Assembly: GCA_036172245.1 (NCBI GenBank)
Contig: JAYWIR010000011.1
Coordinates: forward strand, 2,480,001 to 2,544,000
DNA: 64,000 bases
DNA from: Raillietiella orientalis
Lineage: Eukaryota
Direction of reading: 5' to 3'
Within the stretch, counting starts at the first letter, position 1, and each line of letters starts with the position of its first letter. This document shows positions 49,190 to 63,500 of the stretch, piece by piece. The notes below the pieces were generated by a model. That model was not told the origin of the DNA. It saw only the letters and a program-made list of their open reading frames with translations, and did no database searches. The position numbers were made by a program, and so were the translations under genes.

Positions 49190-52051
49190 TTAGTTCCAAC
49201 ACTCTGGCGGGAAGTCTTTGAATTCGATTTGGTTTTCTAACTGTGAATTGCCTTTTACGAATGATAAACGGATTTTCATACGCAGAGGTGTCTTGGTGGG
49301 ATTCAAAACATTCACTGTCTGCGTCAAAACTGAACGCATATGAGGCATAACTGTCATACTGGAAGGTGGATACATGTGCAGCTGCATGGATCGTGGCACT
49401 GCAGCTTGAAAGAGAAACTGCTCCAGTGGTACAGCACCTTCATTCGTGGCATGCAAATGCAGCACACACAAATCAGGTTGATCTGCAGGGCGTTCGTAGG
49501 AAAATTTTAACGACAACCCATCTTTTTCATACACCGTAAAAGAAGAACCTGGAAAATTTGAAATTCAAATACAAATTCGTATGTAAAGAAGTTTCCACCT
49601 TTCAACTGTACAGATGGCAACAGCAAATTATTGTGGGACTCTTCCGCCGGAACCTGGGGCACTTCATTGGGAACAGGAGTTTGCAATGATCCTAACAAAT
49701 CAATCAAAGTCGTCTGATGACAATTAGGCACTTCTGGTTTTGGAGTTGTTCCATTACTTCCCAAAAGATCAAGCAGCACATTCTATGGGCACAAAAGTTG
49801 ATGCAACAACTTTATCATCCGTACTGATTCTGTGAAGGTTGAAAAATTTTTCATTGCTGGCTCTATCAACATGTCTGCTTGTGATTCCTCCATTTCGCCA
49901 TTTTGCAACTCTCCGTTGGGCAACTCGTTGTTCACGGAATCTGTCAGAGAAGTACGCTCCAAAGGCGGAATCCTTTCTAATACAGGAGCTCGCAGATGGT
50001 CATAATGCGAGAACAGCTGGCTACACTCCATCCCTCGTTGTTGCAGCTCAACACTGACGTGAGTTCTAAAGGAGCTGATCATCTGGCGCACCTGGCTAAG
50101 AGCCTAATTGACGAAACATTATCTCAAAATGCAGCTTACGGCAAAACAGCATGACTGCAGCGAGTGCTTAGCTTCATGAGGGAGGTCAAGGCATACTGCT
50201 TTGTGGCTAACCAAGTAAGTGATGAATCCAATACTCTCTTATAGCAGGCCAATAATGTTGGTTCAGGAACATCCATTTTTTTTAAAAACAAATCCCCATA
50301 CTCGCCAATACACCACAATGCTACTTGAAAAAGAGGTTGATGATCCTCAATAGATATATCATGCAGAGCTTCCCACAGCTGATAGGTTATAATTCCCTGA
50401 AGTTCTCCAGCTTCTGATGCAAGCTGAATAGTTCCACTAACAACATCATCACGTACGAAATTTCCTGCTGCTTTTAGTATTCTGAGTAGTGTATCTAAAT
50501 GCCAGTGGCGGTTGGGAGCCAAACGTTCGATGCACAACACCATATTTGATGAACAATGAGCTTTAACGTCGGGTTCAGCTCGAGCCAAAAATTCAAGCAA
50601 CTCAGCCGTTAAGCTGCGCACGTTATTGCTATTCATCAATGCAAAGCACAGGTCCAAAGCCCGCTGGCGGATAGTGACATCTGCATCACGAAGGCAGTCC
50701 ACAATTGTTGCTCGATGCCTCTGGACAGCCGAATTATCCACATGCACTGTTTTCAACAAAGTGTGAAGAGCCACATAGCGGATGTTCTTATCACTGTTAA
50801 TCAGGAAACGACCCAAAATATTGATGCCCAGAACCTGGAGAACTGACAAATTCGGATGAGAAGCAACCTTTCAGTCTCACTCTCAAACTGCTTTCTGATT
50901 TGATGTCCATTATAGAGAGCACAGTTTCATACAGAATAGCATTCCCCACATTTTTGCTATTTTCTGTATTAGTGGCTACAGCAGCCAGTATGTCATTCAT
51001 GGCTTCACTTGACTCAACATCATTGTGCCCAAGAATGCGCAACAATCGCAACAACTTAATCTGGAGAAAAGGATCACTGACTCCTGAGACATCATGTTCT
51101 GGTGAATAGCCTGCCATAATCAGATTTTTGACGTTACGCACCAAACTAGGCACTTGCTAAAAATGCTTATGGAGAAATGTAATGAGAAATAAAACAACCT
51201 TTTTGAAATACTGCCGCACCTCAGAACTGTGCTCACACATAACAGTCACTAGTGTCACTCCGGTTATAAGAACACCTAAGTGAACACAGAAAGAAGCATG
51301 TGGTTAGGCATATGATCTTTATCATACCATGATTCTTCTCTGATAGCAGACTGCGGGCAGCAGGCAAGAATATCTCTAATAACTCTGGAACTTTACTTAT
51401 GATACGGAAAGCACAGAGAGCTGCTTTCTTGCGGATATATGCATTAGATGTTTTCAGTAAACGTTCTACTTCTGGTGCCAGATCACGAGACATTTCTGGA
51501 GAAGCAATAGCTCCTAGAGTGCACAAAGCCAAACCAACAACAAACTGCATTGTGCTATTTAAATCACTGCAATCAGGTAATAATTAAGCTTCTCCTAAGT
51601 GATATCACATACTTTTTCAAGCTATTGGTAATAAGAAGATGCACATCCTGACGCTCATCTAAAAGTAGCATGGCACCAAGATATCCGATTCTTTTGTCTA
51701 TGTATCTGGATGATGCAATCAACTTGAGGCATTCAAGTTGACCAAAGTGGGCTGGATATCCCAACATATGAATATATAATAATTTTGCCATATTTCTGCA
51801 GCGATATAAGGAATCTTCTTCTCTAAATGCAGCTCTTATGTAGGCACATTCTTTATTGATCACAGCTCTTTCATCTGCTGCTGTACGGGCAGCTCTAATT
51901 GCACGGATTAAATCTCGCAAGCGCATGGGAGATTGATTCTTGACTAAAAGATGAAACAAGTGCTATAATAACAAATAATCACCAATAACTTACTCAAGTT
52001 CATCCCCTTCTCCACGGCTTCATTCAGCACTTGTTTGATTGTTGTTGTCAT
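49190..52051 (-). CDS. AP1G1: AP-1 complex subunit gamma-1 (gamma-adaptin); complement(join(49190..49548,49599..49782,49825..50095,50140..50834,50881..51156,51199..51275,51328..51566,51613..51943,51994..52051)), ~829 aa
   Basis: The spliced frame of 2490 nt contains [91 protein letters not shown], hinge clathrin-box motifs LLDLL/LIDLL and a gamma-ear ([21 protein letters not shown]). All 8 introns are GT..AG. An acceptor just upstream (52061-52062) suggests a further 5' exon. Confidence 0.96.
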
Positions 52052-53936
52052 AATGTCAATCTGATCAAGTTACATAATACAATGCTACTGTTCCAAAAAA
52101 GCATAATTTTGGTAAGTGGCTTTGTTTACATCAAAGTCATTCGACAAGTACTTTTTGTTATGCCTAAAATCATATCTGAATGTAAACATCAAATTAAAAA
52201 AACTTTAAAAAAAAAAAAAATAAAATTCTCCATCTTTGATGAGACCTCCACCTCAGATTTCACAATTATAACAGCAAAAAAACACAATAACAGCAGTTTC
52301 CTTGACTACTGCTACATTGGAGGCATATGTTACTAAACACAAAATCATTAACAAGTTAATGATGATGAAGAACTTTAATTCTCTTCATAAGAAATAATCA
52401 TAACATCAAACGTATTTTACATTGAACATCAAATTTAAAAATATCCTAGTTTTTCCCGTCACAAATTATGCAAAATTTGAACACAATCACAACAGCTGCT
52501 GATAAAAGTTACTATTCTTAAATTCCAAGAAGTACTGCAATATTACAATTGAAAACTACACCAAATATCTTGAACAGATTAAAAAATTAGATTTCATCAC
52601 AGATATGCGAGTTAGCTGCTCTAGAGACATGCATTCTTTTCAGAAAAGCTTCCCCAGAAGCTTCATTTATACAGATCTACTTATGATGATTAATTTCATT
52701 ATTCCCATCATTTTGTCTTTTCTTCATGATTTTGAAATGATAAAGGCAAGTGATAAATTTTACTGAATGATCAGTAAAATTTCATTCCATTTCTCATTAC
52801 TGCTTAGTGCCTTTATTTTTTTGTAACCAGTTGGAATCACTCATTAAACTTCCAAATTGTTAAACTGTCATTCTACCTGATATACGGAAATCATTTTCGC
52901 TCCATGCTTTTGTGAATTCCCAATATATTTTCCTGTTGAACCTCAATGTGTGCTATAGAACTGCATACAGCTGCATGAGCAAATTATATATGCAAGTGAC
53001 AAGCAGGACAATTATGCTGTGTACTGTCTTCATAGGATTATTACAACCTTAGCCAAAAACTTACCATAAAGCCCAACTGTTTTAAAAATGCATTTGTTTT
53101 CAAAGCATTAAGAATTCATGAGAGTGGTATTACTAATCCATTTACTTGTTTAATGATTTTCATGAAATTGAACATGTATGCTGCTCCCCAAATGAGGATA
53201 AACCAGAAACAAATAAATAAATACAAAATGCGGTTTTCTGAAGTCATAAGGAAGTACACAATTTTCTTCCATGTCTTAAGAAAATTTCCAACAAAATAAA
53301 AATTCACATCCTAATTGCTTTAAAGTATTTCACTTTCTAACATTCAATAAAAAACAAAAGCATTCCATTTGTGACCTTGACTGACTTTGTACCTTAGTTT
53401 GCTGTAACATTTTCAACTTAATCTGATCTCAACCTATTCCCTCGTATTTGAGAAGTATCGAAATAAGCAAAAACAAGCTGTTTACACAGTTTGAAATCGA
53501 TAAATTCCAGATACAATTTCAAAATAGTTTCCGACTTTTATAGGAAACCAAAGACTTTTCTATTACTTAATCTATTGTCTTCCAGCCATCTGCAGAAGTA
53601 CATACACAATACTATTTTCAAGAATGCAGCAATTAGAATAGTTAAAACAATTGGTTGGATCATTATGCAAAACGAAAAACTCCAAAAATTTCTATAAATT
53701 ACTAACCAAATGGAATGTTGTAAGTAATACACCTCAACATCACTTGAAAAAACACACACATACGCAGTTTAAGAATACATGTTTAAAGCACTGAATCTTA
53801 AAGGAACAAAGCACATTAGAAGTGGAGATTAAACATCACATAGACGTGGTGCAGAAAATCTAACATCTACTGGAGCACACTGAGGAATGCAAGTTTCCAT
53901 AGAAACAGGATGAGAAAAGCCTACAGATAACACATT

Positions 53937-54597
53937 GTCAAAATTACAATGACTGATTACTGATGAAAGCACATAATGCCACCCTTCCCTTAAAGCAAAT
54001 CTTTACCAATTAATTTAAAGCTGTTTCCACAAAGTCTTACAGAATACCTTAAGCAAGTGAGCATAAGAGTTTGTTAACTGTATTTGTGAAAAACATCCAT
54101 GTTGCATTACATACTTCTTTTCAATTTTTTTTAAAATTTCTGCATTTATTAAAGATGATGGCTCCATGTTGCAATCAAACAAAAGATATACAAAAAAAAA
54201 ATCAATAAATGATCAATGGGAATATGAAGAAATCCTACTTAATTTCTAAAAGATTTATATTTGTCATCATTTTTCCCTCAGTGTTCTAGAAAAATGGAAC
54301 AATTTTTTTGGTTATTCTTACACATTCGGAATCACAACTCTCGATTTAATTTTCGTTTTTAAAAAATGCATATTTTTCAAACTATTACCCATTCTCTGGT
54401 GAGTTGAGGGTTTTACAACACAGTCTGAAACATTACTGATGTAGAAAACTTTTTGTGTCAAACCTATGATTAGCCAATGTCTATTTGCCAATTCATTCCA
54501 GCATTTGGATCCTTCTTTCACTTTCTGCATGTTATTCCTATGATTGGGTACTCTTCTAATCAAAATAAGGTCAAAATTACAATGACTGATTACTGAT
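53937..54597 (+). repeat. Exact 28-bp direct repeat pair (53937-53964 and 54570-54597)
   Basis: gtcaaaattacaatgactgattactgat occurs twice, 633 bp apart. Confidence 0.9.
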
Positions 54598-57500
54598 ACA
54601 ATTCTGAATACTCATGTTATCCTTTCAGAAATTACTGTGCAATTTTTGCTTGAAAAGTTGAATCTTTTGAATTCTTTACAGTTGTAGGAAGTAAATTATG
54701 TAAGCAGGTAACTCATATTTATGGTCACATGAACTATCTATCTGTAATACCGATTAAGGAAGGTGAAAACAGTTGTTTCCAAAGCTACCAAAGTTAGCAT
54801 CACGAACAAATAGATACAATTTATAATTTAAAGTCTTTAGGAAAATAGTGTTGGCCAGTAATACATACCGCAGATGCACATGTTTGAATTATGTGATACC
54901 GGTCACAGAATTGTACACTATTGCAATTATGATTCTTTCTCAATTTCCAATACTTTGAAAATCCAAAAAATAAACAATATGGGTGGAAATAAGACACCAG
55001 ATTTTCTCAAAACTTGACCGCACCTTCAGATAGATGCATAAAAATAATGACGATGGAATTCGTGCATAAGTTTTGCTATTTCAAACCCCAAATCATGTTA
55101 ATGTGTAAGCAAAAATTGCTATCAAAAATCATCAAAATCGCATTTCAAAAAATTCAAGAGTCAGCAAGTTGCCAGATATTGACGCAATGTTATTACTTGC
55201 AACACTTGTTTGTTGAAACCAGTGTTTCGTATTTTTGTCTACAAACTAAGAGTAAATCCTAAGAGTAAACTCACTTACTGACAGGTTATTGTAAAGGGAC
55301 ACTTTTTGTGGAAGTTTGCTCTACATCCACTTTTACGACCAGGCTGCTTTTATTGTAAAAGCATCACAAAGGATATATCAGAAACATACAGATATATATA
55401 TATGCTCTGCCCACAAAAGAATTGCAATTTGCTGTGTGGAGCAAACTGCAAAGCAATGCAAACTCGAGTTATGAAATGCCAAACTCCGCACTACTGCTCC
55501 CTTTTAGCAACTTGGTGCAAAGTTCCTTTGAAAAGATTAACGTGAACCACTTATGGCTAATTTGCCCTCCCTTCCCCCTCCAGAATGAAACTGATACCTT
55601 GAACAACACATTACTGAATTTCTACTCCACGTATTGCACGAACTTGGCAAATGTCACATAGCTTGCACTCACTTAATTAAGCAACTAAAATGCAACCGTG
55701 TCCGGGAAACACAGCAAACAACGGGCAACGTGCTCCGGTTTCATCAATACGTAAAAAACCCGTGCAAACATTGAAAAGCAAAGTTGCTACGTCGGAAGCC
55801 TTACATCCTACGTTTCGGTGGTTACGATAACACAAAACACAGATTGATTTCATCCCAACACGAAAGTGGCATATTTTGCACGGTGCTCGCGACCGCAGGC
55901 TTCGCAAAACCCACACGGAATCCCAAACACTTCAGACGGGGATGGAAACGTTACATAACACTGCCTGCTCGCGGAGATTCATGCCGATTTTTTTTTTTTT
56001 TCTCCTTTTTTTTCCTTCCTTTCCTTTTCTTTTCTTTCCTCTCTCAATCTGATATCTGAATGCAAAAAACAAAAAAAAACAAAAAAACTTCCCTCTCCCC
56101 GCACCCCGATCGGTGGTGGCAACGGATGATGAAAGCGGCAGCTGCTGATGCTGCTGCTGCTGCTGCAATCCGTTTGCTGAAGGATGCTGCTCCTGCGAGT
56201 TTAGTGTGTTCTTTCACCCACGTTATACACTCATCATTTCTTTTACGTTTCTCCCTTTCTGTCGCATCGACACGTACGGGAAACGCACTGTTTTTTTTCC
56301 TTCTTCTTCTTTTAAACAAACAAACAAACGGGCTTTGTGCATTCCACATCGGCATGCTGAATATATGGACTTATGTGCACAAGAATAGGTAAACGAGAGG
56401 GAAAAAAAAAGGGGGGGGGGGGGAATACTTATCTGGGGAAATTAGTGATCTCTTCGTGACACAATAAATACAGAATCACTTCTGTAATCGAACCGAACAG
56501 TTCTTGGGGTCGAAAAGGAGGGGGGAGGGGAGGGAAAGGAAAAACGAAATCTCATCGGACTCATCAGCCTTACAGTAGGTGAATGTTGCCGTGAGTTTGT
56601 AATTTGCAAAATTAGCATTATCTTCATCAATTATTCCCTTTCGCAGATAAGCAATTTTCGCGCAAAATTAAGATGGACATGAAGCTGAGCTGAAGTAAAG
56701 AGATAAGTGGAAAAAACTCCGAATCCCGCAGGGACACAGTGATGAGAATAAATTCCGACACCTGAAGTGCCTTTATCAAAGGAGGAACACACACATAAGA
56801 GATTTCCATTTCACAATTTCCTGTGAAACCGTGGGGCCTGAACTGCAGGAGATAATGGCGCGAATGAAAGCATTACGAACGCATGTGGAATTTTTTCGTT
56901 GTGATTGCGAGCCTCTTTTGCATACTGAAAGCAGAGCATACCATTTGGGCTGAAGGTGCATTAGCATTAAATACTGACTTGAATACCCACTTGTTGAAGA
57001 CGAGCAAACAGCACAGAGAAGGAAGGGGGAAGGGGGGAAAAGAAAAAGAAAATCGTATGTGAGTTGATGGTGGCGATACTATGAGGAAGGAAAGCAACGC
57101 GATTTTCACAGCAAAGGGATTTCGACCGGGGCGACCGCAGGAGTCCGCGAGGCGCACACGGAAGTCCGCAGCGACCTGAAAGCACGTGTGGTCGCTCCAG
57201 CGGAAGACTCATCAAACTCTGTGTGTTATCAGTCGCCCGTAATGCAGTCTGCAGCATTCGATCTTAGTATTCGAACCCAGCTTCGCTTAGAAAATTAATG
57301 AACATCCGTCACAGTTGATGAGTTGGCTCGAAACGATAGTAAACCTTCAAAATAAGGATGCAATCACAGAGGAAAAGAACACCTTTTACGACCGCCGCAG
57401 TGCATGATGGTCCATGATCAAATTAAGAGGAAGCATTTTCAGGTACGCCTCCTCGAATGCATGAACTTCAAGAACACCTCGATCATTGGTATGCATGCAC

Positions 57501-60500
57501 AGAGAAATCCCTGTTAGGCTGAATTGTTAATTAATGGAGATCTTCTCGATGTCGGAATTGCAGCTCATCGGAGTTGTAGGATATGACCCAGAAAATGAAT
57601 CCTGTGAAAGTTTAAAGTAACTCAGATATGCTGATCTCGCTACACTTGAGTGTTTTCGTCGAAGCCAAGGAAAAAAAGAAAATCCAGCAAACTGAGTACC
57701 AGCAGTCGGAAGCGAAGAGGATTCTGCGGATTGAGTAACACAAGTCTTTGTATGGATGTGGAATTTAGAGAGAAGGCAAGATTGATTCCCTACTTGTTCA
57801 GCAAGGACAAAAGGACAAAATTCAATAAATTGCTCCACTTCAGAACATAAACCCCTAAGGGCACCCTTAAAGAACCATAGGGACAAGTCTTTCCTGTAAT
57901 AGAAAATAGGGTTGAAAAGTTAAGAACAAAGGTTGGAAATAAAAAGAGAGAGAGAGCGTACTTTGCGAGGTTAGCCGTCGGTGCAAAAACTTTCTGAGAT
58001 GCTCGTCGGAGAAAATGCTTTCGTTTGGATAAGCTCTGTGGATTAAGCCATTACGATTCGGTTATTTTGCATTTCGACTTTTTGTAATCTATGCACAAAA
58101 CTCAAATGCATTTGGACCTGTGAACTAATCAAAGAAACCGGGAAAAAAGAGAAAAAATTCCAAACAGTGGTACTGTTATTTTGGAAAATTGTTCAACAGC
58201 AATAATCTATTGCATCTTATAAAAGTCTTTAACTAGAGGCTTTGCGAAAACTAATACATGCTAGGATAACAGAGAGTGTGAAACGAGTTCCTGACACTGG
58301 AGCTGTTTCACGCCAGTTCTAAATGGTAGTGCAAGTTTGATAATACGAAAGGGAAAAGGAAGAAGAAGGACAGACGCGTGCATCTCATCCTCAGTTTGAG
58401 GACAGCCGTATAGTACGACATAGTTTTGACTTCTAAGCAAATAATCATGAAATATTTGAGCCCTCAGTGATGGGGGAGCGTGCATCTATCACAGGTTATG
58501 ATAGTAATGGGCCGACTATATGAATAGCATCGTCAGTGAAATGTGAGATGCATTTTTTACGTTGCTGAAACTTCCGGAAAACATGCACAGGCTGATGGTA
58601 CATTTAGTGAAATAGGCATTTGGTGACACTGAAAAGAAAATCCACCAATTTTCCCTAAATTACCACCTTCAAAACTGCTGATGCCAAAGTATGATCGAAA
58701 CTGAACACAACTATATATATATATGTATATACGTATATTCACTTGTAAAAGAGGAAGTCTCTAATGCATTTTCGGTACACATACACGGTGTTCCAATTCC
58801 TGAATTTTGTTTGTGTTTTTACTAAGAGGAGTGAAACAAGTAGAACAATTCCTCTGTTCTGTAATCAGTATGATGGAAAGCAAATTTCAAATATGTATTC
58901 TTTCCAAGGTTTTTGGTGTGAATTATTTGTCTTCGCTGATTTTGTTTTGATTAGCGCCAGCGTGCAATAGAGTTAGGAATGAGGAAACAGGACTACAGCA
59001 GGTAATAAGTATTTTGGACTGAAACATGACTTTAGAAGTGTCTTTCAGAGCCTGGCAGCATCATTGCCTTTCCCTGCGTTACCATGGCGCTCCGTTCCTA
59101 CCACTCTTCGTGCAACTCCTACTCTACTGAGATGCTCGAAACGAAATTTTCTTTTGCCGGAGGTGCAGAAAATTTTCAACTGCGTTTCCCTATTGAAAGA
59201 GACCTTCTCTCCAAAAGCATGCCAAGTGAGCACGAAGACTTTGCAGCACCAACAAGCATTTTTCCGTGTGAATTATGAAGGTGCTGGCGTACACACGGGA
59301 CGGTACTCGTTACCGGAAGTCTACAAGAAATGAAACTGCAAAGAGTAGACGACAAGAATCAGTTTTCGGACCTTCGTTTAAGAAGTCAAAACGCCACTAG
59401 GAAAGAAGGAGAGGGAAAAGAGAAAGGGAGTTACCAGTTCATCATCCATTTACAGAATAATCCCGGAATTCGATGAACGGCATTACGTATTCACAAAAGG
59501 AGATGAAGCTGCTCTAAGGAATACTAGACCTGCTTTTCTTTTTTCGATGCCATTAAGAGTTTCCCCTTTTTTTTTTTCCTTCAAGTGTCGCTTTATTCTA
59601 TCTTCTATGTACTATCCTTCTATGTATTTTTTTTTTCTTCTTTTCTGCCTCGTATATCAGCGCACATTTAGCTGAGCTCTTCCCGTTGGGACAGTCAAGA
59701 TTTTTGGCGATGATTGCACGCCTTCGTGCACTGATCTCCATCACGTAGTCAGAAGTTTCATTCATTAATGCCATGTTATCGAGCGGCTGTCGTAAACGAT
59801 GACTTTGCTGCTGCAATAAAATGAGTAGAAATGCTTTCTCAGAAGCATCGATTCCGCGTATTGCATGGTGAAATGAAACGAAGCTTTTGGTGGCGTTTGC
59901 ATGTTTTCGTGCGCTGATCGTTTCGATGGAGAAGCTGTCGGCATGGTTACTGGTGCTGCTCAGTTCCCCCTCCCCCCCTTCAAGCAACGGTTCCTCAGCA
60001 TCTTCACAGTGAGGTTTCCGACAAATGGCCTAGCTAGTCGTTCTAAAAAAAATTGCCAGAGGATTTTAAAGCCCCTCTCGCAGTGCATTCAGTTTATCTA
60101 ATTACTGACGTGAAAATATCACCGTGTTTTGTTGCCATCAAATGTAGCCGATAACAAATCAACCGAGGCTGCTGTTTCCGTTCCAGGAAACGAATCTCCA
60201 TCTATCCCTTTCGTTTCAAACGTCTTCTCGAGACCTCTTCATGTTGTTGGCTCCCGTCACCATAAAGCGGAAATTTATGCAGCACGCTTCCTTGGAGCAC
60301 CAGCAAAGTACAACCTGAAGTATTTCTGATGTTTGTTTTTCCTTTCAGCGCTGAGCAGAGACTATAATTCAGCCTGGCGATCGAGCGGATCTGCGGCAGG
60401 CCGGTGGCTCACGAGATGCTCAATAGCTCGCTGCTGAATTTTACGAGTGGGTAATGGATCAGGGGAAACCTCGCTGCTTTTCCAACTCCCATCTCAACTC

Positions 60501-63500
60501 TTTGATGGAAGACGAAATGCGCGCCCTAAACCCGTCTGTAGCCGTGTGCAGCCAAATCTTGCACGGTGCTTGCTGCTTGCCCTGTTCACGGGTACTCTGG
60601 TTCAAAATCTGAAGATTTACGACTTTTGGAATGTGTGAAAGTCACGTCTTCTCCCCGCGACAGATCGGAGGAAAAGAATTGGCTCAAATTTCAAGTAGGG
60701 TTAGCAAAGGGTGGCGTAGTTTAGTCTAACCGAAGACTTCTGATCACACGAAACGATAGCGTTCGCGTCTTTGAGATTTGTGGATCTTGCAGAAGAACGA
60801 TGAAATGAACGGCGTTCAAGAGGTCGCAGCGCGCTCTTGAAGTAATGAATGGCCATCTAAATTAGCATCTGCTCGAAACCAAGGAGAAGGATAACCTCGT
60901 TCAGATGTGTACGGTTTCAGCAAGTTTATTCGAAAACGAAGCTTCCAGTTCCCAGAAAGAATAATGAAGACGTCGAATTCTCGGAGTCTTTGCTCGAGTC
61001 TTGCGCTCATTTGAAGACAGGTTTTAAAAAATGTCGGTAGCATTTTTTTTTTTTTTTTTTTCGAAAACTTGGCAATGTATGATCTACCGCAAGTTTTCCT
61101 TGTTGGAGGAACCTGCTTTTTAACATACTGGACTGCACATCCATCCACACATCATGCAACAATTCCTCAGGCATTTCCTGACCTCTTGGGATTCTTGCGC
61201 GATATTTTTTTTTTTATCCACACTTTGTTTCGCATCCGTGGTCCTTTTTTTGCTTTCATACAAAGATGGATCGAATCGGATGAGATTCTAAGCCCTTATA
61301 GAGCACCCACCTACCAACGCGCACTCACAGATGTGGAAGAGCACTTTCACAGCGATTAGAGGATCCGCATACTCATCCAGCCGGAACCACAGAAGCACGT
61401 GACACGGACTTATCACGAGACGACCTGATTGGTCACGAGGAGTGCGCTCAGGACATGTAAACAGACGTGTAAACACAATCAGATGGGGCCTCGATTCGCG
61501 AAATCATTCGTAAAGAGAGGCAATGTTTGTGGAAGGAAGTAGAAAGCCATGTAAAGAAAAAAGGACCATTTGGAACCACTTGAAACGGTTGCTGCTTTTT
61601 TTTCCTTTTTGGAGCATTGTGAATTTTATCCGATATCCAACTCCGCGCCTAGACAAAAGGTAGCTGTAGAATGCCTTCGATTGGTCGAATTTCTAAGGTT
61701 AAGATTGTTCCATGATAATCGTATTCAGTTTTAGATGTAGCCATCACGAAATCCGATCTATTGTCTGAGCTCTCTTAGCATCCCATCGCATTCCAGTCGT
61801 CCGTAACGGATTGGAGCAGGGGGGAACTCAGAGATTTCCGATCGGAGGAATTTCCGGGCAGTTCGGGTGACGTGGTCGAGGTGAAGTGCTTGGTCACCTT
61901 TACCAAGTCTCTTCCCGTGTTGGGCCTGTCCGTCTCTCCTCCCGGTCAGTCCAGATCGGATGGTTTGATAACCTTCTCCTTGTCGAGACGGTCATACCGC
62001 AGTCTGACTTGTCGCAACTGAACCGCATCGGTACCTCTGCAACAGCTGAGCGGATGGTAGATTCCTCAACAGACATGGTCAGAGCATCACCCAGACAGCA
62101 TAATTGTTATGCATCTCCTGCATCCGTATCTCAGTTGTCATATACTTTACGTTCTCTTTACGCAGCCTTGTGGTGCGTCCTTGGAGACCCTGTCTGAAAA
62201 AAACCGCAGAGAAAGAGATCAGCAGTCCAGGGATGCTTGCCGATCGTGCTCTCCTTCAATCAGGATTACACTAAGAGGACCGCGTCTTCAACAGCAAAAA
62301 GATGAACTTGCCCATATTCTGGAGAGAATGATAAGGACTTGAGGGAGACAAACCACTGATGCTCCCTTAGTCCTTTTTTATTCAAAAATTCATTTTTTTC
62401 CGTTTGTTCTCTGGATTTTTTCTTGGTCTATTCACCTCCTACCCTTCCAATCCCCGATTGCGAACCTTTCCCAACAAGCTACCTGGGAGCAGAAAAATGC
62501 CTCCTAGGCATCCTCCGACATAGCGAACCCAGCTACCAGCAGACGAACTTCCGTGACCGACCTCATCGTGAATGTTCGTTTTTCTCAGGAAGCGACCCGG
62601 CGAATCCCGTGGAAACTGTCAGCACGTAAGAAAAGCCATCCCTTCGCCGCGGGACGGCAAATCAGCGCGTGTCCAGGAGGCGTTTTCGCTCGAAAGCAGC
62701 TGGCTCAGCGAGGTCCACACGGGGGGGGGGGAGAAGAGCGCAAAGTAGAAAAAGAAAGGAAGAACATAAAAATCGTCTTCAAAGAACTATGAAGGGTGGA
62801 TTGGAGTAAAGGGAAAGGGCATGAATCCTCCCTGGAGCCCTCGTCAAAACAAGTTCAAGGACTTGCAGACAAGTTCCTCCTTGTGGCGTAAAGGGTGAGG
62901 CCACCTGGTCTTCGTCCTCGAAAAGAAGGACTCGACATCCTCGTCGGCTCAGGTTAAAGTCATCTGATTGCAGGTGACTTTAACCTACGTCTGCTGTCAG
63001 GTGCGCCGGACACACTAAGGGTCAACGACTTGTGCGCAGGAATGCACACGTGCAACTTGTTGGCCGGAGATCCAGCAATGGCGAACAGCGCTGATCACGC
63101 GTTTCTGGACCAGCATCTATGTTCACGCGTGGGCAGGCGCGACAGTCGGCAATGGTCGGAGCTGTCCGACCATTGACGACTCGTGCTCGAGGTGCATCAG
63201 CGCGACAGGGGTCCCCCCTCGAATGAGTGGCGTCTGCCAGGGGACCGAACACTCTGGGAGCCGCGGAACATTTCCGCGCGTTGATACGGGGGTTCAGTAT
63301 GCGGACACTTCCGGATTGGGACCGCTTCATGCTTTCGGTCCGGGAGTTCTGACGGACGAAGGGTCTCCTGAGAATCGCCCTTTGGGGCAGAGGAAGGCCC
63401 CGAGTCCGGCTTGCGGACTTGTGCGCTTGACGTCGGAACGGCGGTCTCGGCCTCCTGACGCTGGAGCGGCTGGAGCGTCAGTTCCAGTTCCGGATAGTTG

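Noticed and set aside
60705..60773. tRNA/SINE-like A box (tggcgtagt) and B-box-like gttcgcgtc
   Set aside because: No complete cloverleaf (T-stem and anticodon stem do not pair). At best an unverifiable degenerate SINE head.
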